From positions 1,340 to 65,339 of the IMG/VR virus record IMGVR_UViG_3300033163_000002: DNA of 64,000 nucleotides; one strand, written 5' to 3'. Each line of letters begins with the position of its first letter. Position 1 is the stretch's first letter. The notes below the pieces were generated by a model. It saw only the letters and a program-made list of their open reading frames with translations, was not told the origin of the DNA and ran no database searches. This DNA comes from a virus. Its lineage: Duplodnaviria > Caudoviricetes. Positions 20,496 to 28,271 of the stretch are shown piece by piece. A program made the translations under genes and the position numbers.

Positions 20496-22042
20496 TATTT
20501 GATGATTCTTGCGATTCTTTTCCTTGTCAATTGGGAAAAGGCCCCTGCCGCCGCGTCAACCTGATCCTTGTATGTGGAAAAAGGGAAATTCCGATGCTCG
20601 TCAATGAATTCATGATTCCAATCTCCCCGCAACATAATCATATTCCCATTATTGACCTGAACCGAATATGGATCCGCCCGGTAGATCTTGTCCCCTTGCG
20701 GGCGATCGGCATAACTGGCAAACCCGGCCAGATTCTTAATCGTGGCCTCTGCCGATTCCTTTCCCCCGGATCCGGGTTCCTGTTCATGATAGATTTTGAC
20801 CCCCTTTCCATCCGCTTCCGCCGTGGATCTGATGATCTTTTCCCTTTCTTCGCTGGACCACCTCCCCCTGACCACATCCATGATCAGATATTTATCATCC
20901 TTCAACTTGGCCATCTTCACACCCACCGTATAGGCGCCACCCCCGGATCCCCTTCCCTCTTCAATTTCCTTTGTGCCCGCTTTATCCCAATATCTTACCA
21001 CTTCCAGAATCAACACATCTGATGGCATGGTTTGGATCTGTGGGAATCGATCCACTTTGAACATCCCACCACCCGGGGGCACCGGATTCTGGCCGATCTG
21101 GCCGGCGAATCCATATTGACCCATGTCGGCTTCCAGATCCTTCAACACCGACCATGGCATCCGATTCACATCAAACAGATCATCCTGATACATTTCAACC
21201 AATTCCGGGGGTTGGACCTGATCCCTGTAATTCCGGATTTCCCCCGGCATGGATATGTGGCGGAGTTTCTTTTTCTTTTTAGCAAGGATGTGTCCGGATG
21301 GATCATTCTGGTGGAGTCTTTGCATGATCCCGATGGTGGTGGTTGTGATCTTGTTTACTTTCCTTGTGGGAAGGGTCCGGTCGATCCATCTGTTGGCTTC
21401 GGCAAGTTTCTTTTCGCTGACAGCTTGATGGGGATTCAATGGGTCATCCCAGATCAGGATGTGCCCATGATAACCCGCCAAGGTCCCGCCGACGGATGTC
21501 GAATATCGATTGCCCCCGAAAATCAGCCGCTCCGGCCGCCCCGGCGCCCTCTCCCGTTTTACCACCCTGAAATTGGATTTCGTGTCCTTGTCCTCTTTGA
21601 TATCCAATTCCGGGTACACCGCCTGAAACCGGTCGCTCCGGATCATATCCCTGCTATACTCCGCTGCCTCCAAGGCCAACGACGCCGAATAACTCGCCGA
21701 TATGATCCTCATCCAATGCCATCGGGTCCAGATCCATGCCGGGTAGGCTATATTGCAGGTGATTGTCTTGGTGGTTCCGGGGGATATGTTAATCAGTAGA
21801 TCATAATCATTTGGTTCCCCCCTTGCTACTCTTTCTGCCACCAATTGTAATTCATTGCACAGGAAAGGAATATGCCAATTTTCGACAAACTCTTCACTAC
21901 TGATTTCTGGCCAGAAAAACCGAAGGAAATGGTAAAAGGATCTGTTGTTCAATTCCCGGATGATCAATAACGGATTATCAATCGCTTCCAGTAGAACCTT
22001 TCTTTTCGGCACCTTTGTTCGCAACATTTGGATATCTTCCAT
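20495..22042 (-). CDS. terL: Terminase large subunit
   Basis: Walker A variant NISPGTTKT, Walker B ILIWDDP, MQRLHQND; nuclease RYWDKA..DQVDA. Confidence 0.93.
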   Translation of the reverse strand: MEDIQMLRTKVPKRKVLLEAIDNPLLIIRELNNRSFYHFLRFFWPEISSEEFVENWHIPFLCNELQLVAERVARGEPNDYDLLINISPGTTKTITCNIAYPAWIWTRWHWMRIISASYSASLALEAAEYSRDMIRSDRFQAVYPELDIKEDKDTKSNFRVVKRERAPGRPERLIFGGNRYSTSVGGTLAGYHGHILIWDDPLNPHQAVSEKKLAEANRWIDRTLPTRKVNKITTTTIGIMQRLHQNDPSGHILAKKKKKLRHISMPGEIRNYRDQVQPPELVEMYQDDLFDVNRMPWSVLKDLEADMGQYGFAGQIGQNPVPPGGGMFKVDRFPQIQTMPSDVLILEVVRYWDKAGTKEIEEGRGSGGGAYTVGVKMAKLKDDKYLIMDVVRGRWSSEEREKIIRSTAEADGKGVKIYHEQEPGSGGKESAEATIKNLAGFASYADRPQGDKIYRADPYSVQVNNGNMIMLRGDWNHEFIDEHRNFPFSTYKDQVDAAAGAFSQLTRKRIARIIK

Positions 22043-22056
22043 CCTGTTGGTCGGGT

Positions 22057-22707
22057 TTAATTCTGGGTGACCTTATTGTTTTTTACAGCCTGACTGATCC
22101 CCAATTTCAAAGCCAATTCCAATTCTTCTGTGGTGAAGGTATCGGGATCGCTCAATTGATTGGAAAGATCTTCAATCTGGATTTTTCCCTGATGGGAGTG
22201 TTCCAATCGATGAACATCGGCCCACGGGGTTTCCAGATGTCTTGTGCGGTTTTTCAGCCAGAATATGCAGGCTGTGGTATCCGGGGGATAATGTTTGGTG
22301 ATTTCCTTGCTGATGATCTTTCCTTTGTAGATTGTCAGATAAGTATCCTTGTGGGAATATCCAATTGCTTTCTGGTATAGGGCTTGGGCCACATTGGTAT
22401 CGGCTTCTTCCTTCCCCCGGCGGACTGCCTGCATGAATTCCGGATGATGTTGTTTCCAATAATCGATCGTCGTCGGATGAACCCCAAATGCCACCGCCAG
22501 ATCATTATCTGTCAATCCCAGCAGACTCAATTTATAAGCCCTTTTGGGATGATCTTCCCGGTAGGCCCCTTTCCGACCTGCTGAGGAATTATAATTTCGG
22601 GTGTACATGGTTTGGATCATTTTTCTGAATCCTGTAAAAATAACATGAATTCCAATACCATACAAATCAATTTCCACTCCACAATTTCTACTCCCAAAAA
22701 CCCGCAA
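22057..22707 (-). CDS. terS: Terminase small subunit
   Basis: Upstream of terL; LG.TD..LA..FGV...TI..W...HPEF..A...GK..AD..V..ALY..A.GY, PPDT.A.IFWLKNR. True start probably ~22620. Confidence 0.8.
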   Translation of the reverse strand: MRVFGSRNCGVEIDLYGIGIHVIFTGFRKMIQTMYTRNYNSSAGRKGAYREDHPKRAYKLSLLGLTDNDLAVAFGVHPTTIDYWKQHHPEFMQAVRRGKEEADTNVAQALYQKAIGYSHKDTYLTIYKGKIISKEITKHYPPDTTACIFWLKNRTRHLETPWADVHRLEHSHQGKIQIEDLSNQLSDPDTFTTEELELALKLGISQAVKNNKVTQN

Positions 22708-22814
22708 ACCTACTTGGATTGTTAATTAAACCAATATTTGTAGATGATTTCGTTATTTAGAATGATTATAAATTTCATTTTTTCTTGAAAAAAGGCTAAA
22801 TATCTTTAAAAAAA

Positions 22815-22846
22815 TTTGGTTTTTTAAAAGAATGGGCGTATATTTG
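22815..22846 (+). promoter_or_regulatory. Bacteroidota-type housekeeping promoter (-33 TTTG, -7 TAnnTTTG)
   Basis: TTTG at 22815-18, 20-nt spacer, TATATTTG at 22839-46; lies in the divergent intergenic gap. Confidence 0.7.
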
Positions 22847-22859
22847 AATCATTGAATGA

Positions 22860-23251
22860 CGCTCATTGACATCCTGATCTGATCAACCCGTTGAAAATTA
22901 GGGGGTTATCGCAAAATAAGGTGGTTTTGGCACCATCAGCAAGGCGGTAAGGTCCGAAGAGAGGAAGCGGAAAGGATCCAGAATCAGGAATGGGGTGGTA
23001 GATTCCGACAGGAAATGGATAGGTTCACTGGATCGGATGTGTTTCCACCCAATTCCCCAACAAGGGTCCCCCAGTTATTTACCGGGGACCGACGAATCCG
23101 GGGCAGTGTCATTCAAAGCCAATTGTAATTCAGCGATTCCTGTAGCAAGGTTTTTTGGTTCAAAACAGGCGAAGGCTCCTCCGGATTCCCCATCCCAGCA
23201 GATGGGTGAAGGGAATGGTTCAGAATATCCCCCGGGAGATTATCCCGGATC
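22860..23251 (+). ncRNA. Candidate structured non-coding RNA / long early leader
   Basis: ~390 nt after the promoter with no convincing CDS. Hairpins include GGTCCCC/GGGGACC (23065-23090), nested ATTCCC..CCCATC/GATGGG..GGGAAT and CCGGGA/TCCCGG. Confidence 0.45.
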
Positions 23252-23318
23252 CGGCGCTGCTGAGATTGGATTCCAGACAGTGAAGAACCTGGCGGTGGTT
23301 CGATTCCACCCAGTGCCG
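23252..23318 (+). ncRNA. tRNA-like element lacking a canonical D stem and anticodon arm
   Basis: (C)GGCGCTG/CAGTGCC(G) acceptor-like stem; perfect T arm GGTGG-TTCGATT-CCACC; CCAG/CTGG stem with a 12-nt loop. Confidence 0.55.
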
Positions 23319-23355
23319 CTAAATCCTAAATGTAAACCAAAAATCCTTTTCAATC

Positions 23356-23532
23356 ATGACAAATGACGCAAAAATGAACAGGCTTCGCAAAGCCGCCAAA
23401 ATGAGCACCGAAGATTTGGTGGTTGGCTTGAAAGCAATGGGAATCATCAAAGATGGCGAATCCCTGCTTTCCTACTTCAAAAAAGATCGGGACGAATTGA
23501 TCCTGATGTGGGCCACAAAGAAAAAAATGTAA
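23356..23532 (+). CDS. Small early hypothetical protein (58 aa)
   Basis: MTNDAKMNRL..KKKM; leader tgtaaaccaaaaatccttttcaat shared with the next gene. Confidence 0.65.
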   Translation: MTNDAKMNRLRKAAKMSTEDLVVGLKAMGIIKDGESLLSYFKKDRDELILMWATKKKM

Positions 23533-23553
23533 ACCAAAAAATCCTTTTCAATT

Positions 23554-23712
23554 ATGAAAGCAATCAAATTTGACGAAAAATTTATCAAAGACGTAGCGAA
23601 AGATCAGGGTATTACCAATCTTTCCACCCAGCAATGCCGGAAAGCCCATAACGCTTGCAAACATGCCGGAGAAGATTATTACTACCGGTTGAAAGAATAT
23701 TTTTATGCATAA
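23554..23712 (+). CDS. Small early hypothetical protein (52 aa)
   Basis: MKAIKFDEKF..EYFYA; ends 5 nt before hammerhead 1. Confidence 0.65.
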   Translation: MKAIKFDEKFIKDVAKDQGITNLSTQQCRKAHNACKHAGEDYYYRLKEYFYA

Positions 23713-23717
23713 ACAAA

Positions 23718-23771
23718 GCACTCTGATGAGGCTTCATGAGCCGAAACCCGGGATTGATCCCGGGTCAGTGT
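23718..23771 (+). ncRNA. Type I hammerhead ribozyme 1 (predicted cleavage after GUC at 23766)
   Basis: GCACT-CTGATGA-GGCT tcatg AGCC-GAAA-CCCGGGA ttga TCCCGGG-TC-AGTGT. Confidence 0.9.
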
Positions 23772-23793
23772 TAAACCCTTAAAACTTATTCCA

Positions 23794-24174
23794 ATGAAAA
23801 CCCATCAAACCACAAGAATCGTAGATGTTTCCCATTTGACAAAAATGGCCACGCAAACAACTCTGAATCTGCTGAATTCCATCAGGCCAGTTCTTTCTGA
23901 TCAATATGGAAAATTTCAATGGACCGCCTCCCATATCACCGATATGACGAAGATTCTGGTATACAAGGAATATCTGGATGTTCTGGACACCTTCAAGCGG
24001 ATCTGGATGGAGCAATATTCGCATATCGGGGGGTATCCTGATGAAGCCCGGATCCGGAAAAACGTAGAATTCTACAAGGGATTGCGCACCTGCCCCTTTG
24101 GATTTGAAATCTTTATGGCCGCCCATTCCATTGCTTCCCACATGTTGGAAGAGGGGGTTGAAGTTCAGGAATAA
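23794..24174 (+). CDS. Early hypothetical protein (126 aa)
   Basis: ORF flanked by hammerheads 1 and 2. Confidence 0.75.
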   Translation: MKTHQTTRIVDVSHLTKMATQTTLNLLNSIRPVLSDQYGKFQWTASHITDMTKILVYKEYLDVLDTFKRIWMEQYSHIGGYPDEARIRKNVEFYKGLRTCPFGFEIFMAAHSIASHMLEEGVEVQE

Positions 24175-24176
24175 CA

Positions 24177-24234
24177 AACACTCTGATGAGGATTCATGAT
24201 CCGAAATCCGGGGGATCATCCCCGGATCAGTGTT
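24177..24234 (+). ncRNA. Type I hammerhead ribozyme 2 (predicted cleavage after AUC at 24228)
   Basis: AACACT-CTGATGA-GGAT tcatg ATCC-GAAA-TCCGGGG gatcat CCCCGGA-TC-AGTGTT. Confidence 0.9.
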
Positions 24235-24255
24235 AAACCCTTAAAACTTATTCCA

Positions 24256-24522
24256 ATGAAAACTGTATCAGATCTTTTTAAATTGATCATCAAAGAAACC
24301 GCAATGAATGAAGGGAAAACCTGCAAATTTGTTTTCAGTATCAATACCCAGCATGGATGGGTTTCCATGTACCGGGAAGTAGATATTGAAGGGGAAAAGC
24401 CAGCAGAACTCTTCGCTCTGAAATCCATCAAAACCCCGGCCGAAGTTCAGGAAGTTTACTGGATGATCTGGAATCATGGCCGTTCCCGTAATTTGGATCT
24501 GGATGTTAACAAGGCATTCTGA
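24256..24522 (+). CDS. Early hypothetical protein (88 aa)
   Basis: Start refined to MKTVSDL; TGA stop lies in the core of hammerhead 3. Confidence 0.75.
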   Translation: MKTVSDLFKLIIKETAMNEGKTCKFVFSINTQHGWVSMYREVDIEGEKPAELFALKSIKTPAEVQEVYWMIWNHGRSRNLDLDVNKAF

Positions 24523-24570
24523 TGAGGCTTCAATAGCCGAAATCCGGGGAATCATCCCCGGATCAGTGTC
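24513..24570 (+). ncRNA. Type I hammerhead ribozyme 3 (predicted cleavage after AUC at 24564)
   Basis: GGCATT-CTGATGA-GGCT tcaat AGCC-GAAA-TCCGGGGA atca TCCCCGGA-TC-AGTGTC. Confidence 0.9.
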
Positions 24571-24592
24571 AATCTTAAAACCCCCAGAAATC

Positions 24593-24805
24593 ATGACAAC
24601 TTCCCTAAACATTGAAAAATTAACCAAAAAAGAAAAACAACAATTATTTGCTGTTCAAGTGTTCATAAAAAAGACCATGGATAGTGGTGATAATGAGCAC
24701 AAATTAAAAATGGATGAAGAATCCATCCTAAAAGTGTGGAATGATGAAAATACTTTTCCATGGTATATGCATTTAGGAACAGGAAAGCAAATAAAAACAC
24801 TCTGA
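24593..24805 (+). CDS. Early hypothetical protein (70 aa)
   Basis: Start refined to MTTSLNI; TGA stop lies in the core of hammerhead 4. Confidence 0.72.
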   Translation: MTTSLNIEKLTKKEKQQLFAVQVFIKKTMDSGDNEHKLKMDEESILKVWNDENTFPWYMHLGTGKQIKTL

Positions 24806-24853
24806 TGAGGATTCATGATCCGAAATCCGGGGGATCATCCCCGGATCAGTGTT
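24796..24853 (+). ncRNA. Type I hammerhead ribozyme 4 (predicted cleavage after AUC at 24847)
   Basis: Same sequence as hammerhead 2 over the ribozyme. Confidence 0.9.
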
Positions 24854-24876
24854 AAACCTTAAAAACCCCAGAAATC

Positions 24877-25095
24877 ATGACAGACGAAGAAAGGGAAGAA
24901 AGATCCCAAAAAATAGAAATGCTTTTTGAAGCGTTGGAATTGGTTCAACAAGCCCAGCAACTGGTAGATGATGCCCTTTCCGGAAGCAAACATGAATCCC
25001 ATTACAAAGCCTACGGGCGATATGGATTTGATCAATTGCTGGGCAATGGAAATCCCTACGATTATGATCTGGAAAAATTGTTGGAAGAATTCTAA
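24877..25095 (+). CDS. Early hypothetical protein (72 aa)
   Basis: Acidic helical ORF 29 nt after the hammerhead 4 cut site. Confidence 0.75.
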   Translation: MTDEEREERSQKIEMLFEALELVQQAQQLVDDALSGSKHESHYKAYGRYGFDQLLGNGNPYDYDLEKLLEEF

Positions 25096-25115
25096 AACCC
25101 CCAAAACTCCGAAAA

Positions 25116-25643
25116 ATGGAAAGAACAAAATTTAGCACACTTGATCAACTCAAAGATCAGATTACCAAAGAAATGCACAAGGATTATTTTTTCAATGGGG
25201 AGGTCTTCAATCCCCTGAATGAAGGATGGTGGTTCCAATTCGACAATGGCACCCGCCGAATGGGACAGTGCAGCATTCATTTGAAGCGGATTTCATTATC
25301 CAGAAAGATGTGTGAATTGAATATGAATCGATGGGATTTGATTGAAGATATTCTGTTGCATGAATTAGCCCACGCCTTCACCGAAAAGATCTACGGAAAG
25401 GAATCCTCTGGACACACCCCCCAATTCAGGCGAATCGCCAAATCAATGGGGTCCTCCCTTTTGGGGTCCATGATTCCTAAATCATTTGGATTGCGGGTCC
25501 CATATCGATATAAATATCGTTGTCCCGGGTGTGGAGGCACGTGGGAGCGGCAAAAGAAAATTGAAGGATCTTGTAGAGCCTGTTCCGGATCTAATATTTA
25601 TGATCCAAAATTCAAATTAGTTCTGGTTGATGAGGCACTCTGA
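25116..25643 (+). CDS. SprT-like zinc metalloprotease
   Basis: RRMGQC, LLHELAH, GHTPQF, C-terminal CPGC..CRAC; TGA stop in the core of hammerhead 5. Confidence 0.85.
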   Translation: MERTKFSTLDQLKDQITKEMHKDYFFNGEVFNPLNEGWWFQFDNGTRRMGQCSIHLKRISLSRKMCELNMNRWDLIEDILLHELAHAFTEKIYGKESSGHTPQFRRIAKSMGSSLLGSMIPKSFGLRVPYRYKYRCPGCGGTWERQKKIEGSCRACSGSNIYDPKFKLVLVDEAL

Positions 25644-25690
25644 TGAGACCTGATTGGTCGAAATCCGGGATCTGATCCCGGATCAGTGTC
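25634..25690 (+). ncRNA. Type I hammerhead ribozyme 5 (predicted cleavage after AUC at 25684)
   Basis: GGCACT-CTGATGA-GACC tgatt GGTC-GAAA-TCCGGGA tctga TCCCGGA-TC-AGTGTC. Confidence 0.9.
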
Positions 25691-25713
25691 AAACCTTAAA
25701 AACATTATCAATC

Positions 25714-25977
25714 ATGACAAAAATTACAATCCCAACAAACATGCCGCCAGAACAGATCCCGGCATATGTAAAGAATCAGATCCGGGGCATGGAAATGCGC
25801 AGAATGGCAAAAAATTCAGACGCCCCCATTCCCGAACCCAAATCAAAAAAAATCAAGGTGATTCCCGGTGATGACTGGACCACCAACACCAAAGGAATGA
25901 GCGGAAAGCAATTGAAAAGGGTGATCCAGATGTCCAAAGATTATGAATATCGGCGGACTAAATTCCCAAAAAAATAA
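25714..25977 (+). CDS. Early hypothetical basic protein (87 aa)
   Basis: Start refined to MTKITIP, 29 nt after the hammerhead 5 cut site. Confidence 0.7.
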   Translation: MTKITIPTNMPPEQIPAYVKNQIRGMEMRRMAKNSDAPIPEPKSKKIKVIPGDDWTTNTKGMSGKQLKRVIQMSKDYEYRRTKFPKK

Positions 25978-26010
25978 CCTAAAAACCGCAATTTTAACTA
26001 AAAACGGGAC

Positions 26011-26116
26011 TTCGCAAATAAGGCACAAAAGAGGGCCATAGACGAATTTACACCCTGTTTTGATATCCTTATACCGCCCCGCAACCGATCGTCGATTTTG
26101 GTATATATCGTGGCTT
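26011..26116. repeat. ~106-bp intergenic element, inverted copy of 55884-55989
   Basis: ttcgcaaataaggcacaaaagagggccatagacgaatttacaccc..ccgatcgtcgattttggtatatatcgtggctt aligns ungapped with the reverse complement of 55884-55989. Confidence 0.85.
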
Positions 26117-26209
26117 TGCGGGGCATACATATTCAAATAATTTAATTAAACAATACTTCATAAATCAGGGCATAAACCAGAATATGGGCTGCCCATAAAT
26201 CAAAAAAAA

Positions 26210-28249
26210 ATGGAAACAAAAATGTATCGGATCGGACCATTGTTTGCCCGGAAAAATTCACTTCCGGTCGCCTTCGTCGCAAACAAATTGATTGAAAGCC
26301 CCCGCGCTGTTTACCTCAATGGACATGGCACTCTGGAAACTCAAAAAATGGGATTCTGTTGCATCTGTGGGAGGGAATTGACCCACCCGGTGTCTGTTGT
26401 TCTGGGAATCGGACCCCATTGCGGAGACCATTGGTGGAATTGGGATGCCATTGGTGGATTCAATGAAAATGTGTTGGAAGAATTAAAAATCCGGATTCAG
26501 GGAGTCAAAGTTGATCAGTGGATCCCGAAATCCGTCATCAAAGAAATATACGAAACAACAGAAATCATCACCACTCCTGAAAATCATCCTATGTTGAAAA
26601 AAGAAAATAAACCCAAGCAGGCTCCCGCCAGAAAGGCCACCCCGGTCAAATATCAGAATTCCGGGAAATGGGCTATTAAAATTGAATTTCCTTTCAATCA
26701 TGATGATCTGGGAAGGGTCAAAACCCTACCCGATCGTCGCTTTCACAATGAAGGAACAGAAAAATACTGGACCGCCCCCCTTTCCATTGAAGCTGTTGAA
26801 AAACTGCAAGAATGGGGGTTTCAGATGGATGATCGCTTGATCCGATATCTGGAAAAAACCAAAGTCAATGTGAAGGATGTTTCTGATGATATCCAGATCC
26901 CCGGATTGAAGGGGAATCTTTTTCCTTTCCAGAAAAAGGGTGTTGCCTTTCTGGAAGCAAAGGACGGGCGCGCCCTGATCGCCGATGAAATGGGATTGGG
27001 AAAGACCGTTCAGGCTTTGGCATATCTTCAATTGCATCAGGAAAAGCGCCCAGTAATCATTGTGGTCCCTGCTTCCCTGAAACTCAATTGGAAGAAAGAA
27101 GCCCGCCTGTGGATGGAAAACCCAAATGTCCAGATCCTTTCCGGAACCAATGCCAACATCCCCATCATCGGGGAAATCCTGATCATCAATTATGATATCC
27201 TTCCCCAATGGGTTGGCCGATTGATCCAGATCAAAGCGCAGATCCTGATCACCGATGAATGCCACTATTACAAGAATAATTCTGCGAACCGGACCAAGGC
27301 TGTTAAGAAATTGGGGAAATCCATCCCCCATGTTATAGCCCTTTCCGGAACCCCGATTGTTAATCGGCCTGTGGAAATCTTCAATGCTCTTTCCCTGATT
27401 GATTCCACTGTGATGCCCAGTTTCTGGAAATTTGCCCATAAATATTGTGGCGCCCGCCATAATGGATTCGGATGGGATTTCAATGGGGCTACCAATACCG
27501 ATGAATTGCATACCATCCTTTCCAACACCCTGATGATCCGCCGGAAAAAGGCAGATGTGTTGAAAGATCTTCCCGACAAAATCAGATCATTCATTCCGAT
27601 TGAGTTGAATAATGAAAAGGAATACCGCAAGGCGGAATCTGATTTCATTGCCTATCTGCGGGAGCAGAAAGGAATGACTGCCGCTGATCGGGCTTCCAAT
27701 GCCCAAGCCCTTGCCGAAATTGAAGGATTGAAGCAATTGGCGGTTGCCGGAAAAATGAAACAGGTCGTTGAATGGATCCGGGATTTCATGGAAAGTGATG
27801 AAAAATTGGTCATATTCGCCACCCATAAATTCGTGATCGATGCCCTGATGAAAGAATTCAGCGGGATGGCCGTCAAAGTGGATGGATCTGTTTCCGGGGA
27901 AAACCGCCATCAGGCCGTTGAATTATTCCAGAATGATCCAAATGTCAGGATCTTTGTGGGGAATATCAAAGCCGCCGGGGTGGGTCTTACCCTGACTGCC
28001 GCATCAAATGTATTGTTTCTGGAACTCCCGTGGACTCCGGGGGATCTGACCCAGGCGGAGGATAGGTGCCACCGGATCGGACAAAAGGAATCTGTGACAA
28101 TTCATTATCTGCTTGCCGCCGGAACCATTGAAGAAAAAATTGCTTCCCTGATTGATCGGAAGCGTCGGATTTTGGATTCTGTTCTGGATGGAACCATCAC
28201 CGATCAGGAATCACTACTTTCTGAATTGATCAAAGATTTAACCCAATAA
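26210..28249 (+). CDS. SNF2-family helicase with N-terminal DUF6011-like Zn finger and HARP-like domain
   Basis: CCICGRELTHPVS..GIGPHCG; IEFPF..DL..VK.L..RRF..KYW; ADEMGLGKT, DECH, LSGTP, AAGVGLTL, QAEDRCHRIGQ. Confidence 0.9.
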   Translation: METKMYRIGPLFARKNSLPVAFVANKLIESPRAVYLNGHGTLETQKMGFCCICGRELTHPVSVVLGIGPHCGDHWWNWDAIGGFNENVLEELKIRIQGVKVDQWIPKSVIKEIYETTEIITTPENHPMLKKENKPKQAPARKATPVKYQNSGKWAIKIEFPFNHDDLGRVKTLPDRRFHNEGTEKYWTAPLSIEAVEKLQEWGFQMDDRLIRYLEKTKVNVKDVSDDIQIPGLKGNLFPFQKKGVAFLEAKDGRALIADEMGLGKTVQALAYLQLHQEKRPVIIVVPASLKLNWKKEARLWMENPNVQILSGTNANIPIIGEILIINYDILPQWVGRLIQIKAQILITDECHYYKNNSANRTKAVKKLGKSIPHVIALSGTPIVNRPVEIFNALSLIDSTVMPSFWKFAHKYCGARHNGFGWDFNGATNTDELHTILSNTLMIRRKKADVLKDLPDKIRSFIPIELNNEKEYRKAESDFIAYLREQKGMTAADRASNAQALAEIEGLKQLAVAGKMKQVVEWIRDFMESDEKLVIFATHKFVIDALMKEFSGMAVKVDGSVSGENRHQAVELFQNDPNVRIFVGNIKAAGVGLTLTAASNVLFLELPWTPGDLTQAEDRCHRIGQKESVTIHYLLAAGTIEEKIASLIDRKRRILDSVLDGTITDQESLLSELIKDLTQ

Positions 28250-28271
28250 AAACCCCAAAAACCCCTATACA

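Noticed and set aside
73-22584. Many plus-strand ORFs over the structural operon (for example 901-1632, 2450-3259, 18879-20084) and minus-strand ORFs over the replication genes
   Set aside because: Antisense shadows of real genes, caused by codon bias and repeats; no motifs.
22929-23318. Full-length one-piece tmRNA
   Set aside because: Only 5 bp pair between the distal ends, G3-U70/A73 and CCA are missing, and no tag reading frame was identified.
22995-23366. 123-aa ORF in the early leader
   Set aside because: GTG start without the A/C-rich leader used by neighbouring genes, no recognisable motif, and it overlaps a tRNA-like fold and the next gene's start.
23718-25690. CRISPR array or simple REP/terminator interpretation of the early repeats
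   Set aside because: The spacers are whole genes of 200-800 nt, no cas genes are present, and the invariant positions are exactly the hammerhead catalytic nucleotides with covarying stems.
24196-25713. Track starts at 24196, 24476 and 25654
   Set aside because: These extend ORFs through ribozyme sequence; the downstream ATGs (24256, 24593, 25714) have the shared leader.
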